Part shown: positions 20,302 through 29,045 of the stretch, one piece after another | How the letters are laid out: every line of letters begins with the position of its first letter | How positions within the stretch are numbered: position 1 is the stretch's first letter | NCBI GenBank assembly: GCA_965215605.1 | Contig: OZ244070.1 | Coordinates: 1,888,001-1,952,000, forward strand | DNA from: an uncultured Candidatus Binatia bacterium | Lineage (GTDB): Bacteria > Desulfobacterota > Binatia > UBA9968 > JAJDTQ01 | Direction of reading: 5' to 3' | Length of the DNA stretch: 64,000 bases | The notes under the pieces: model-generated | Told to the model about the DNA's origin: nothing | The model's input: only the letters and a program-made list of their open reading frames with translations | Databases searched by the model: none | Translations under genes and position numbers: made by a program

Positions 20302-22077
20302 CAGGCCGGTCATCCGTTTCTGGCAAGCCCTTGCGGGCCCCACGACCTCCGCCCCAGCACAGGAGAGCATCGTACAGGCTCCGCAAGGACGCGGAAGGAG
20401 TCCGCCCCTCGCATTTCCACGAGCATTTCCTGTCCATTCATCGGCCCCGTCCTCATCGCGCCCCGTGCGCTTTCAGCGTCCGGATCACTTCCTGAAAAGG
20501 TTTGACGCTCTCCTCTGTCTTTTCCCTCTCCTCTGTCTCTTCCATCCCGAGTCGGGCCAGGTCCAGAGGAGTGACTTTACCTTTGGCTCTCGCAAGGGAA
20601 GTCAGCCAGTTTTGGGCTTTGGCTTTGGCGTTCAGGTCCGCGCCTGCTGCTAGCAAGGCCTTCACCGCTCCTGCTCGGCCGTCGTGTGCCGCCCAATGAA
20701 GGGGAGTACCCCCTTCTTTGTCCTTGGCGTTCACGTCCGCGCCTGCAGCGAGCAAAGCCTTCACCGCTCCCGCGTGGCCTCTGTGTGCGGCCGCGTGAAG
20801 GGGAGTCCACCACTTGTCCTTGGCGTTCACGTCCGCGCCTGCAGCGAGCAAAGCCTTCACTGCTCCCGCTTGGCCCTCGAGTGCCGCCTGGTGAAGGGGA
20901 GTATCCCAGTCTTCGTCTTTGGCGTTCACGTCCGCGCCAGCAGCGAGCAAGGCCTTCACCACTCCCGCTTGGCCTTTGATTGCCGCCCAGTGAAGGGGAG
21001 TCCTCCCGTCTTTGTTCTTGGCGTTCACGTCCGCGCCAGCAGCGAGCAAGGCCTTCACCACTCCCGCTTGGCCTTTGATTGCCGCCCAGTGAAGGGGAGT
21101 CCTCCCGTCTTTGTTCTTGGCGTTCACGTCCGCGCCAGCAGCGAGCAAGGCCTCCGCCGCTCCCGCTTGACCATTGATTGCCGCCCAATGAAGGGGAGTC
21201 CACCCATCTTTGTCCTTGGCGTTCACGTCCGCGCGAGCAGCGAGCAAAGCCTCCGCCGCTCCCGCTTGACCATTGCTTGCCGCCCAATGAAGGGGAGTCC
21301 ACCCTGCTTTGGTTTTGGCGTTCACGTCCGCGCCAGCAGCGAGCAAGGCCTTCACCGCTCCCGCTCGGCCCTTGTGTGCCGCCCAGTGAAGGGGAGTCAC
21401 CCCGTCTTTGTCCTTGGCGTTCACATCCGCGCCAGCAGCGAGCAAGGCCTTCACCGCTCCCGCTTGGCCAACGCTTGCGGCCCAGTGAAGGGGAGTACCC
21501 CCATTTTTGTTCTTGGCGTTCACATCCGCGCCAGCAGCGAGCAAGGCCTTCACCACTTCCGCTTGGCCGGCCCAGTGAAGGGGAGTACCCCCATTTTTGT
21601 TCTTGGCGTTCACATCCGCGCCAGCAGCGAGCAAGGCCTTCACCACTTCCGCTTGGCCGGCCCGGTGAAGGGGAGTCCTCCCGTCTTTGTCCTTGGCGTT
21701 CACATCCGCGCGAGCAGCGAGCAAGGCCTTCACCGCTCCCGCGTGGCCCTTGAGTGCCGCCCAGTGAAGGGGAGTCAACCCATCTTTGTCCTTGGCGTTC
21801 ACGTCCGCGCCAGCAGCGAGAAGTTCCCTGACGCGATGCTCGTCGTCCTGCCGCGCTGCCTCGTGGATCGGGGCCGCCATCAGGGCTGTTGGACACCAAA
21901 GACAGGCCAGCACAAGCACTATCACCAATCGTCGAATCATCACGTCTCCTCTGGATTCAGATAAATCTGCTTCCCAGTCGCATCGACGGGCAAAGCCCGA
22001 TGGAACCTTATGCAATGGCACGCCGCCATGGGTCAAGGAATCCGACGGAGCGGCGCCTTCGCGCGTTTCCTCCTCGC
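20302..22077 (-). repeat. Ankyrin cassette copy 2
   Basis: Same flanks as copy 1; the 824-bp length difference matches the 825-bp CDS difference. Confidence 0.9.
20453..21940 (-). CDS. Secreted ankyrin-repeat protein (N-cap, 12 internal repeats, C-cap)
   Basis: Signal peptide nearly identical to copy 1; tandem 90-99-bp repeats. Confidence 0.93.
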   Translation of the reverse strand: MIRRLVIVLVLACLWCPTALMAAPIHEAARQDDEHRVRELLAAGADVNAKDKDGLTPLHWAALKGHAGAVKALLAARADVNAKDKDGRTPLHRAGQAEVVKALLAAGADVNAKNKNGGTPLHWAGQAEVVKALLAAGADVNAKNKNGGTPLHWAASVGQAGAVKALLAAGADVNAKDKDGVTPLHWAAHKGRAGAVKALLAAGADVNAKTKAGWTPLHWAASNGQAGAAEALLAARADVNAKDKDGWTPLHWAAINGQAGAAEALLAAGADVNAKNKDGRTPLHWAAIKGQAGVVKALLAAGADVNAKNKDGRTPLHWAAIKGQAGVVKALLAAGADVNAKDEDWDTPLHQAALEGQAGAVKALLAAGADVNAKDKWWTPLHAAAHRGHAGAVKALLAAGADVNAKDKEGGTPLHWAAHDGRAGAVKALLAAGADLNAKAKAQNWLTSLARAKGKVTPLDLARLGMEETEEREKTEESVKPFQEVIRTLKAHGAR

Positions 22078-22112
22078 TGTGAATGTTCCGGCCCGTGCGC
22101 GTGTCCGCGCCA

Positions 22113-22141
22113 TTGAATTGTTACCTTGTGCTTCCTATACT
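22113..22141 (+). promoter_or_regulatory. Sigma70-type promoter
   Basis: TTGAAT-N17-TATACT. Confidence 0.7.
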
Positions 22142-22147
22142 GACGCC

Positions 22148-22307
22148 CAGAAGCCGCGCGGCGGTTCGGGAAGTGTTCCCGCACATGCGCGGCGGACGCT
22201 GACGCTCAAGCGCCACTCGGGCTAACTGCCGAAGTCAGAACGGTTTGCACAGCCCAAGCGCTTGAGGGACGAGGAAGCCGCTCTTCGACGCCCTCCGGCG
22301 TTTTTTT
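22148..22307 (+). ncRNA. Candidate ~160-nt structured small RNA of unknown family
   Basis: Between the promoter and an intrinsic terminator (gacgcc-ctcc-ggcg-T7); several perfect stems; no credible ORF. Confidence 0.5.
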
Positions 22308-22489
22308 CCTCACACCCCACGCACCGATGGTGCCTTTTCCGCTGATGCCCGCGTTCGCATGAACGGACAGAAAGTTCGGTGACTACAGGGCCTTACTGCC
22401 CATCCCGTCCCGCGCCCCCGCGCGGCCCGCAGGCCGATCGCCAGCTACATCGAACCGGCAAAGACGGACAACGGACCTCGCACGCTAGG

Positions 22490-22633
22490 CCGCCCGATGG
22501 ACGCCTTCGCCGGAGAGTTCCTCGAACGCTACGCCCGGCACTGGAAGCCCTCCGGGCGCAGGACCGTGCGCATCTATCTCAAGGCCCGCATCCTGCCCGC
22601 GTTCGGCAGGATGCCGCTCGACCGCATCGGACC
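22490..22633 (+). pseudogene. Third tyrosine-integrase fragment, cut off at the IS3
   Basis: PMDAFAGEFLERYARHWKPSGRRTVRIYLKARILPAFGRMPLDRIG, nearly identical to 15170-15262. Confidence 0.75.
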
Positions 22634-22677
22634 CAGGTTGCTAAGGTGTATTCCACCGACTTAGGGAGGGATACGCA

Positions 22678-22958
22678 ATGAGCACACGACGAAGGTTCAG
22701 CGGAGAGTTCAAGGCGAAGGTGGCGCTGGAGGCGCTGCGGGGGACAAGACGATCCAGGAGATCGCTGTGCGGCACAAGGTTCATCCGAACCAGGTGAGCA
22801 CGTGGAAGCAGCGGGCGGTGGAGGGGATGAAGGAGGTTTTCACGAAGGGGGCGGAGCGGACGAGGGGCGACCACGAGGGGGAGATTCGGGACCTGCACGC
22901 GAAGATCGGGGAGCTGACGGTGGAGCGGGATTTTTTGGCCAAAGGGCTCAAGTGGTGA
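22678..22958 (+). pseudogene. IS3 OrfA, frameshifted in a G-run (~22740)
   Basis: MSTRRRFSGEFKAKVALEALRG / DKTIQEIA..VHPNQVSTWK..LHAKIGELTVERDFL. Confidence 0.75.
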
Positions 22959-23016
22959 GCCGGGAGAAGCGCCGGGGGATGATCGCGCCCGGCCGGGATG
23001 AGCCGGGAGAAGCGCC

Positions 23017-23916
23017 ATGATCGAGCCCGGCCATCCCAAGCTCAGCTTGAGCCGTCAATGCCATCTGCTTCGAGTGAGTCGATCCTCCGTGTACCACCGG
23101 CCCAAGGGCGAGAGCGCGGAGAATCTGGCGCTGATGCGCCGGATCGATGAGCTGTTCCTGGAGTACCCCTTCTACGGCAGCCGCCAGATGGTCCGCCATC
23201 TGTGGCGGGAGCGAGTCCGAGTGGGTCGTCACCGGGTGCGGCGTCTGATGCGCCTGATGGGTCTCCAGGCCATCTACCAGGCGCCGCGGACCACCCGACC
23301 GCACCCCGAGCACCGGGTCTACCCCTATCGGCTCAAGGGGGTCGCCATCGAACGGCCCAATCACGCGTGGACCTCCGACATCACCTATATCCCTGTCCAG
23401 AAGGGCTTCCTGTACCTGGTGGCGGTGATGGACTGGGCCACCCGCCGGGTGCTCTCCTGGAGGCTGTCGAACACCCTCGATGCCCGCTTCTGTGTCGAGG
23501 CCCTCTCAGAGGCTCTGGAACGCTACGGTCCTCCCGAGATCTTCAACACCGACCAGGGCAGCCAGTTCACCAGCCTGGAGTTCACCTCCGTGCTCAAGGA
23601 CGCCGGCGTCGCCATCTCCATGGACGGCAGGGGCCGGTGCATGGACAACATCTTCATCGAGCGCCTGTGGCGCTCCCTCAAGTACGAGGCCGTCTACCTG
23701 CACGAGCTCTCGGACGGCTTCGCCGCCCTGCGGGTCATCGCCCGGTGGGTGGCCTTCTACAACACCCAAAGGCCTCATTCCGCCCTCGCCGGCTCCACCC
23801 CGGCGGAGGCCTACGAACGAGGACTCCAGAGGCAGGCCGGACCTCACACCCCGCCCGCCCCTCTGCCAGTTCCATCGGAACACGAAGACGTGATAAACGG
23901 CACCTTGGCGGCATGA
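23017..23916 (+). CDS. IS3 OrfB DDE transposase
   Basis: WTSDITYI, FNTDQGSQF, DNIFIERLWRSLKYE, YNTQRPHSAL. Confidence 0.92.
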   Translation: MIEPGHPKLSLSRQCHLLRVSRSSVYHRPKGESAENLALMRRIDELFLEYPFYGSRQMVRHLWRERVRVGRHRVRRLMRLMGLQAIYQAPRTTRPHPEHRVYPYRLKGVAIERPNHAWTSDITYIPVQKGFLYLVAVMDWATRRVLSWRLSNTLDARFCVEALSEALERYGPPEIFNTDQGSQFTSLEFTSVLKDAGVAISMDGRGRCMDNIFIERLWRSLKYEAVYLHELSDGFAALRVIARWVAFYNTQRPHSALAGSTPAEAYERGLQRQAGPHTPPAPLPVPSEHEDVINGTLAA

Positions 23917-23979
23917 TCGAACGTCTGGAATACACCTTATCTCCGCCGCCTACCTGTCCTACAAACCAGGACCACCTCA

Positions 23980-24134
23980 GAATTCAGGCCCGCCTCTTCG
24001 CTTAACCCCTCGGGGCTCAACGGCTCGAACGAAATCCAGTCCTTGCCGCAGATCACCTCACCGGCGCTTGCCGTGCCGCCTACAACGGCCAACGCGGAGG
24101 CGACCAATAAGGCGACCAATATCAATTTTCGCAT
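23980..24134 (-). pseudogene. Secreted hypothetical protein truncated by the IS3 right end
   Basis: RBS, signal peptide MRKLILVALLVASALA; frame runs into the IS end. Confidence 0.5.
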
Positions 24135-24141
24135 ACCGCCC

Positions 24142-24519
24142 TCACTCGCAGGTGCCATAGTACTGGCTGGGAACGAGATCGCCAGCAATGATGGTGTGGC
24201 GGCTGTGCACCGCTTTCCCCCGTTTGTTCATTGTTGTCGTCTGAACGGCACCTGTTACGAGTACTTCCAGAAAGGTTATGCTGTTGTTTCCGGGAATCAC
24301 TTTGACGGGGTAAACGTTGCGCCCAACTGCGAAGGCGTGGCCGGTTCCATCCACCATGAATTCGATGGGTAAGGGACTCTTGTTGGAAAGCCGGGTCGTT
24401 TCGGGCGAGACATGCTCGTCGAACACGCAAACGAACCGTTGAACCGGCTTGGTGCTTTCAGCCCCCGCCGCCCCGCCCATCGCCAGCAGCACACACGTCG
24501 CTAGAATTACTCCCCGCAC
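24142..24519 (-). CDS. Secreted hypothetical protein
   Basis: RBS gaggagga, signal peptide, terminal SQYYGTCE with paired Cys. Confidence 0.65.
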   Translation of the reverse strand: MRGVILATCVLLAMGGAAGAESTKPVQRFVCVFDEHVSPETTRLSNKSPLPIEFMVDGTGHAFAVGRNVYPVKVIPGNNSITFLEVLVTGAVQTTTMNKRGKAVHSRHTIIAGDLVPSQYYGTCE

Positions 24520-24666
24520 AGCATTCCTCCTCTAGCCTGCCACGAAACGAAAATGCGGAGACGGATGCGCTTGGTCACCAGGTCGTCCCTTCGGCAATCA
24601 TCCTCAGCTTCACATTGAGCGACCATATATCCTGAGCAATCTTCTGCCCGGTGGATCGGCCGCCAA

Positions 24667-24851
24667 CGAAACCGCAAAGGATACGGACCCGAAAACCTCG
24701 CCATGCTGCGACGCCTCGCCCTCAACATCGCACGCCACGAACCGACAAAGGACGCCATGCGTGGCAAGTTCAAGCGCGCCGCGTGCAACGACGACTTCCT
24801 ACTCAACTTGATCCGCGCCGCTGCATGACAAATCCAAAAGCGATTGCCCTA
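24667..24851 (+). mobile_element. ISAs1-family right-end remnant
   Basis: RNRKGYGPENLAMLRRLALN..RGKFKRAACNDDFL followed by IR-like gcgattgccct. Confidence 0.75.
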
Positions 24852-24859
24852 GGGTCTGA

Positions 24860-25339
24860 TCAATCGGGATCAAGAATCAATCCATCAAAGGTTAGGCGTG
24901 TAGGCAAATAAAATCCGTACAAATACATGTCGCTTGCAGCTTCGTATTGAGGACTAGTCAGAACTAATTCCAGTGTCTCACCACTGCCTTCGTCAAGGTC
25001 ATCCTCGAATAAATTGATGTCGATCTTTGCGGTCGTTGCCGAGCCTGCCGGGAAAACGATCTTGCCTGTTTTCCCGGCAGGGACACTGTAGTCCGATCCA
25101 ATCTTCGCCGAACCATCATTTACACTATACGAATAACGGACTTTTTCCGGATAATTGTACCCGGAATTTGTCGTTGGCTTTGTTATCTCGAAGGTCATGG
25201 TGTTGCCTTCGTATTCTTTTACATCATTGCCGTATGCCATGCTCCCGGGTGCGTAGACGACTGCTGCCAGCGCCAGGAGTATGTATTTCACTTCTGACTT
25301 CAGCAGTCGTGCGACATGATGGTAACCAGTCATCAGCAT
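24860..25339 (-). CDS. Secreted Calx-beta-domain protein
   Basis: EGNTMTF..SVNDGSAKIGSDY..GKIVFPAG..INLFEDDLDEGSGETLELVL; AT-richer than the flanking genes. Confidence 0.75.
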   Translation of the reverse strand: MLMTGYHHVARLLKSEVKYILLALAAVVYAPGSMAYGNDVKEYEGNTMTFEITKPTTNSGYNYPEKVRYSYSVNDGSAKIGSDYSVPAGKTGKIVFPAGSATTAKIDINLFEDDLDEGSGETLELVLTSPQYEAASDMYLYGFYLPTRLTFDGLILDPD

Positions 25340-25837
25340 ACCATTTCCGTTCTGTTATCAATTCGCGCAATTGGCGAGGTCGCTCATCCTAAGCCTCAAT
25401 CTCTCGCGTGACCAGTTTCCGTCGGCGAATCCCGGGTTGCTGTGGGAGCAGGTCGGCGGCGACGGGTCATCGTTCGGGAATTCAGTGCTGCCTCAAGAGG
25501 AGCACGCATTCTCTCGTATAGCATGATTTGCGCATTCTGCCGTGCCATGCACGGACACGCTCGGTGGTTCCTTCGCCGCCATTACCCCTTGACTTGGACG
25601 AGAGCCACAGGCCACAGTAGTTTTCTATGCTTCTATGCCTCCAGCCAGCACGGAATTCGTAATCGTATCGCAAGTGACTGGAATCGAATTCAGGTGTACT
25701 GAACGCATCCACGACGGGAACGCAAGCGCTCCATGAGACGAAGTTGCGCTCATAAATATCTAATATACAACAAATATCACAATCCTGCGCAACTCGGCGC
25801 AGGCCTGACCGAGCAGGTAATCTGAAAGCGAGGTGTC

Positions 25838-26833
25838 ATGCCGGAGGATCGTTTTCGCGTGGTGGTGTTGGACGACTATGAGGGGTTCTGCACGACGGTT
25901 CCGGCCTATGGGGAGGTGGCGGCCGTGGCCGACGTCGAGGTGGTGGAGCGCAAGCTGAACACCGACGAGGAATGGGCGGCGGCCGTGGGCCATGCGCATG
26001 CGGTGGTGCTCATGCGGGAGCGCTCACCGTTCCGGGAACGGGAGTTCGCGCTGGCGCCGTCGTTGCGGTTCATTTCGCAGATCGGTCGCGGCATACCGCA
26101 TCTGGACCTGGCCGAGGCCACCCGGCGCGGCATCCCGGTGTCATGCACTCCCAACGACTCCGGCGCCTCCACGGTGGAACTGACGTTCGCGTTGATCCTG
26201 GCACTGGCAAGGCAGATTCCCTCGGTGAGCCAAGGCATGCGCGAAGGTGCGTGGCCGCCGGCAGTCGGCATGCTGCTGGAAGGGAGGACCCTGGGCGTCA
26301 TCGGCCTCGGGCGCATCGGCGCCAGGGTCGCGCGCATCGCCCAGGCCATGGACATGAACGTCCTGGCCACGGGCAAGACCCTCACCGATGAGCGGGCGGC
26401 GGAGTCCGGCGCCCGCAGGGTTTCCCTCGACACGCTGCTCGAGGAGTCGGACGTCGTCTCGGTGCACTGCCGGCTGAACGCCGAGACACGAGGACTCATC
26501 GGCCGCCGGGAGCTTCAGCGCATGAAGCCCGGCGCGCTGCTCATCAACACGGCGCGCGGCCCCATCATCTCGGAGGAAGCGTTGGTCGAATCGCTCCGCC
26601 AGGGCCATCCCGCCGGGGTCGCTCTCGACGTCTATGACGAGGAACCGCTACCGCCCGACCATCCGCTGCGCGGCCTCGACAACGTCATCCTGGCCTCGCA
26701 TCGAGGCTACGCCGTGGACCGGATCCTGCACCAGCGCTATCAGAGCGCCTTCACCAACGTGATCCGTTTCATCGAGGGTGCCCCGGTGGACGTCATCAAT
26801 CGGGACCCCCCTAAAGCGTCATCCCGGACTTGA
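25838..26833 (+). CDS. D-2-hydroxyacid dehydrogenase family protein
   Basis: VVLDDY, MRER, GLGRIG, LINTARG, DVYDEEPLP. Confidence 0.9.
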   Translation: MPEDRFRVVVLDDYEGFCTTVPAYGEVAAVADVEVVERKLNTDEEWAAAVGHAHAVVLMRERSPFREREFALAPSLRFISQIGRGIPHLDLAEATRRGIPVSCTPNDSGASTVELTFALILALARQIPSVSQGMREGAWPPAVGMLLEGRTLGVIGLGRIGARVARIAQAMDMNVLATGKTLTDERAAESGARRVSLDTLLEESDVVSVHCRLNAETRGLIGRRELQRMKPGALLINTARGPIISEEALVESLRQGHPAGVALDVYDEEPLPPDHPLRGLDNVILASHRGYAVDRILHQRYQSAFTNVIRFIEGAPVDVINRDPPKASSRT

Positions 26834-26880
26834 TCCGGGACCCAGGCGGGAGTGGGGTTTCCCGGTCGAGCCCGGGGTCG
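26818..26880. repeat. REP-like palindromic element
   Basis: cgtcatcccggacttgatccggga between convergent genes; partial copy cgtcatcccgggcttga at ~33054. Confidence 0.5.
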
Positions 26881-26912
26881 CGGGGAGCGAAGCGGGATCA
26901 CCGATGGGGGTG

Positions 26913-27479
26913 CTACGACTCCGCCAGCGCCTTGCGGAAGCGATCCCGGTGCTCGGGGCTGTAGAGACGGGGAAAGTTCTCCGGGTAGTCTTCTCCCGGC
27001 TCGACCTTGAGGTCCACCAGGATGGGTCCGTCTTCCTTGAGGAGCGTGTCGAGGTTACGGTCCCAGTCCTCCAGGCTGTCGAAAGTGTAGGTGTTGGCGT
27101 AGCCGGCCTCTCTGGCGAGTCCGGTGAAGGTGAAGCCGCTGTGGGTCGGGATGGGGACGGCGCCGTTGGTCTCGTAGGTGCCGTTCTCGCAAACGCAGTG
27201 CACGAAGTTCTTCGGCGCGGCGTTGGCGATGGTGACGAGGCTGCCCAGGTTCATGAGCAGGCTGCCGTCGCCGTCCAGCACCACCACCCGCTTGTCGGGC
27301 CGGCCCAGGGCGAGGCCCAGAGCGTGGGACGAGCCCTGTCCCATGGCGCCGGTGAAGGTATAGTTGAGGTCGGACGGCGCGATGTGGATCCAGTCCTGGG
27401 CCGCCTTGTACACCGCCACCACGATCTCGTCGGTCCGATGGCGCGCCAGCACCTTGAGCATGTCGTCGCGTTTCATCAT
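26913..27479 (-). CDS. TPP-dependent decarboxylase beta subunit (ComE/phosphonopyruvate decarboxylase-like)
   Basis: GAMG, LDGDGSLLMNLGSL..N..YETNG. Confidence 0.85.
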   Translation of the reverse strand: MMKRDDMLKVLARHRTDEIVVAVYKAAQDWIHIAPSDLNYTFTGAMGQGSSHALGLALGRPDKRVVVLDGDGSLLMNLGSLVTIANAAPKNFVHCVCENGTYETNGAVPIPTHSGFTFTGLAREAGYANTYTFDSLEDWDRNLDTLLKEDGPILVDLKVEPGEDYPENFPRLYSPEHRDRFRKALAES

Positions 27480-27481
27480 GA

Positions 27482-28003
27482 TCAGATAGGCTCCCGTCCG
27501 ATGAGCATGGCCACCGGCATCTGCTCCGCGTAGGCCCGCTCCACCGCCGGCACCACCTTGTCCTCCGTGCCGGGCGCTTCGATGTTGTGGTGCTCGATCT
27601 GCATGGCGTCCAGAATCGGCTCGACGATCCGGAGGCCGTAGCGCTTGGACTGGGTGGGCGGGACGCCGGGCTCCTTCTGGAGCATTCCCACCATCATGCA
27701 CACCGGGTTCTTCCCCTGGACGGCCACGCCGCGGACGGCGTTGATGGAGTCCAGGAGACCCGTGTACTGCATCAGCAGCAGCGACCGGTGCCCGGCGGCG
27801 TAGAGCCCGCTGCAGATGGACACGCCTTCGTCCTCCTTGCACACCTGCACCACCTGGAAGTCGGGATCCTCGATCATGGCCTTCAGCACGTTTTCGCTCG
27901 TGGTGCGATCCGGCAACGCCACGATGAACCGGATGCCGGCGCGCTTGATTTCCCGGATGAGGTCCCGCGCTTTGAGCCTGTCGGCGTCGTTGTCTCCGGC
28001 CAC
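27482..28003 (-). CDS. TPP-dependent decarboxylase alpha subunit (ComD-like)
   Basis: VALPD, CKEDEGVSICSG, LLMQYTG. Confidence 0.82.
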   Translation of the reverse strand: MAGDNDADRLKARDLIREIKRAGIRFIVALPDRTTSENVLKAMIEDPDFQVVQVCKEDEGVSICSGLYAAGHRSLLLMQYTGLLDSINAVRGVAVQGKNPVCMMVGMLQKEPGVPPTQSKRYGLRIVEPILDAMQIEHHNIEAPGTEDKVVPAVERAYAEQMPVAMLIGREPI

Positions 28004-28061
28004 GTTTCGCTCCTTCCGTCGTCTTCGGCGCCGTCCCCGCCGGACGACGCCATGCCGACCT

Positions 28062-28652
28062 CTATACTATGGAGCCTCCCGGCAGGAAAGACTTGAACCT
28101 GCGGACATCGGCGGGCGAATCCGGCCGCAGCTCGCACCAGCGCAGGGCGCCCTCGTAGAGGCGCACGGTGGGTCCGAGCCCGTGGACGGCCGGCAGCAGG
28201 TCCCTGAGGCAATCGTACCAGGCCCGGCGCTCGTCCCGGTCCGGCGGTTCCGGGTCCTCCGCGTTCAGCGACTCGCACAGACGGCGCCATTCCCGGGTGG
28301 AAAAGCCCGCCCGGAAGTCGGCGGGATAGAGTTCCAGGGCGATGGCCCGGGGCCGGGTGAAGTGCTGGCGCTCGTCGAACTCCAGAATGAACCCCGGGCT
28401 TGCTATATAGTAGTCGCAAGGCGGCATCTGCGGCGTTCGTACGAAGTCCCCGTAACCCCGGTGGGTTCGCAGGCCGTCGAAGATGCGTTGCAGTGCCTCC
28501 CCGATCCGGGTGCCGCGGTATGCCTCCGGGGTGGTGGGCCAGGGAAACGCGTGGTCCTTGCGGCAGGCGTCCGGATACAGCGTGGCGAGAAGCTCGTGCA
28601 GCCGGGCCTTGCAGTCGCGGCAGTGCTCGGAATGGGACGCCGTGTTGGGCAT
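28062..28652 (-). CDS. Hypothetical protein, possible PD-(D/E)xK-like nuclease
   Basis: PCDYY..ILEFDERQHFT..RAWYD.LRD. Confidence 0.6.
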   Translation of the reverse strand: MPNTASHSEHCRDCKARLHELLATLYPDACRKDHAFPWPTTPEAYRGTRIGEALQRIFDGLRTHRGYGDFVRTPQMPPCDYYIASPGFILEFDERQHFTRPRAIALELYPADFRAGFSTREWRRLCESLNAEDPEPPDRDERRAWYDCLRDLLPAVHGLGPTVRLYEGALRWCELRPDSPADVRRFKSFLPGGSIV

Positions 28653-28696
28653 GGCCGCGCAATTATCGGTAATAACCGAAACGGAGGCAATCCCGG

Positions 28697-29020
28697 ATGG
28701 GCTGGACTTACCTGTGCGTTGCCGGCGTGTTCGAAGTGGTGTGGGTCATCGGCCTCAAGTACACGGCCGGGTTTTCCAGGCCGTGGCCGAGCCTTTTGAC
28801 GCTTCTGGCCTTGGCGGTGAGCTTCGGTTTCCTGTCGCAGGCGGTGAAGACCCTGCCGGTGGGAACGGCCTACGCGGTCTGGACCGGCATCGGCGCCGTG
28901 GGCGCGGTGATCTTCGGGATAATCCTGTTCGGAGAGTCCAGGGACGTGTTGCGGCTGGCCTGCATCGGCCTCATCGTCGCCGGCATCGTCGGCCTCAGGC
29001 TGGCCTCCAGCCAAGTATGA
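28697..29020 (+). CDS. sugE: SMR transporter SugE/Gdx
   Basis: [26 protein letters not shown]. Confidence 0.9.
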   Translation: MGWTYLCVAGVFEVVWVIGLKYTAGFSRPWPSLLTLLALAVSFGFLSQAVKTLPVGTAYAVWTGIGAVGAVIFGIILFGESRDVLRLACIGLIVAGIVGLRLASSQV

Positions 29021-29045
29021 CGCGATAGTCCTGGTGGGAGCGAGA

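Larger units (their letters stand above)
22634..23979 (+). mobile_element. IS3-family insertion sequence, degenerate
   Basis: Subterminal IR taaggtgtattcca (22642) / tggaatacacctta (23926); right end ...accacctCA; left tip appears deleted; short duplication at the orfA/orfB junction. Confidence 0.85.

Noticed and set aside
15637-21940. Ankyrin pair as a DGR template/variable repeat, or as a CRISPR array
   Set aside because: No reverse transcriptase in the window; both copies are coding; no adenine-rich template is visible; the 99-bp periodicity is protein repeat
20577-21964. Long alternative-frame and antisense ORFs over the ankyrin gene
   Set aside because: Stop-free frames propagated by tandem repetition
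22173-22200. gtgttcccgcacatgcgcgg resembling a type I-E repeat
   Set aside because: Single copy, 3' half does not fit, better explained as a stem of the candidate ncRNA
25742-25795. dif/att-like AT-rich site at the right edge of the island
   Set aside because: Only a XerC-like half (cataa) is present; the XerD arm does not match and no second copy was seen
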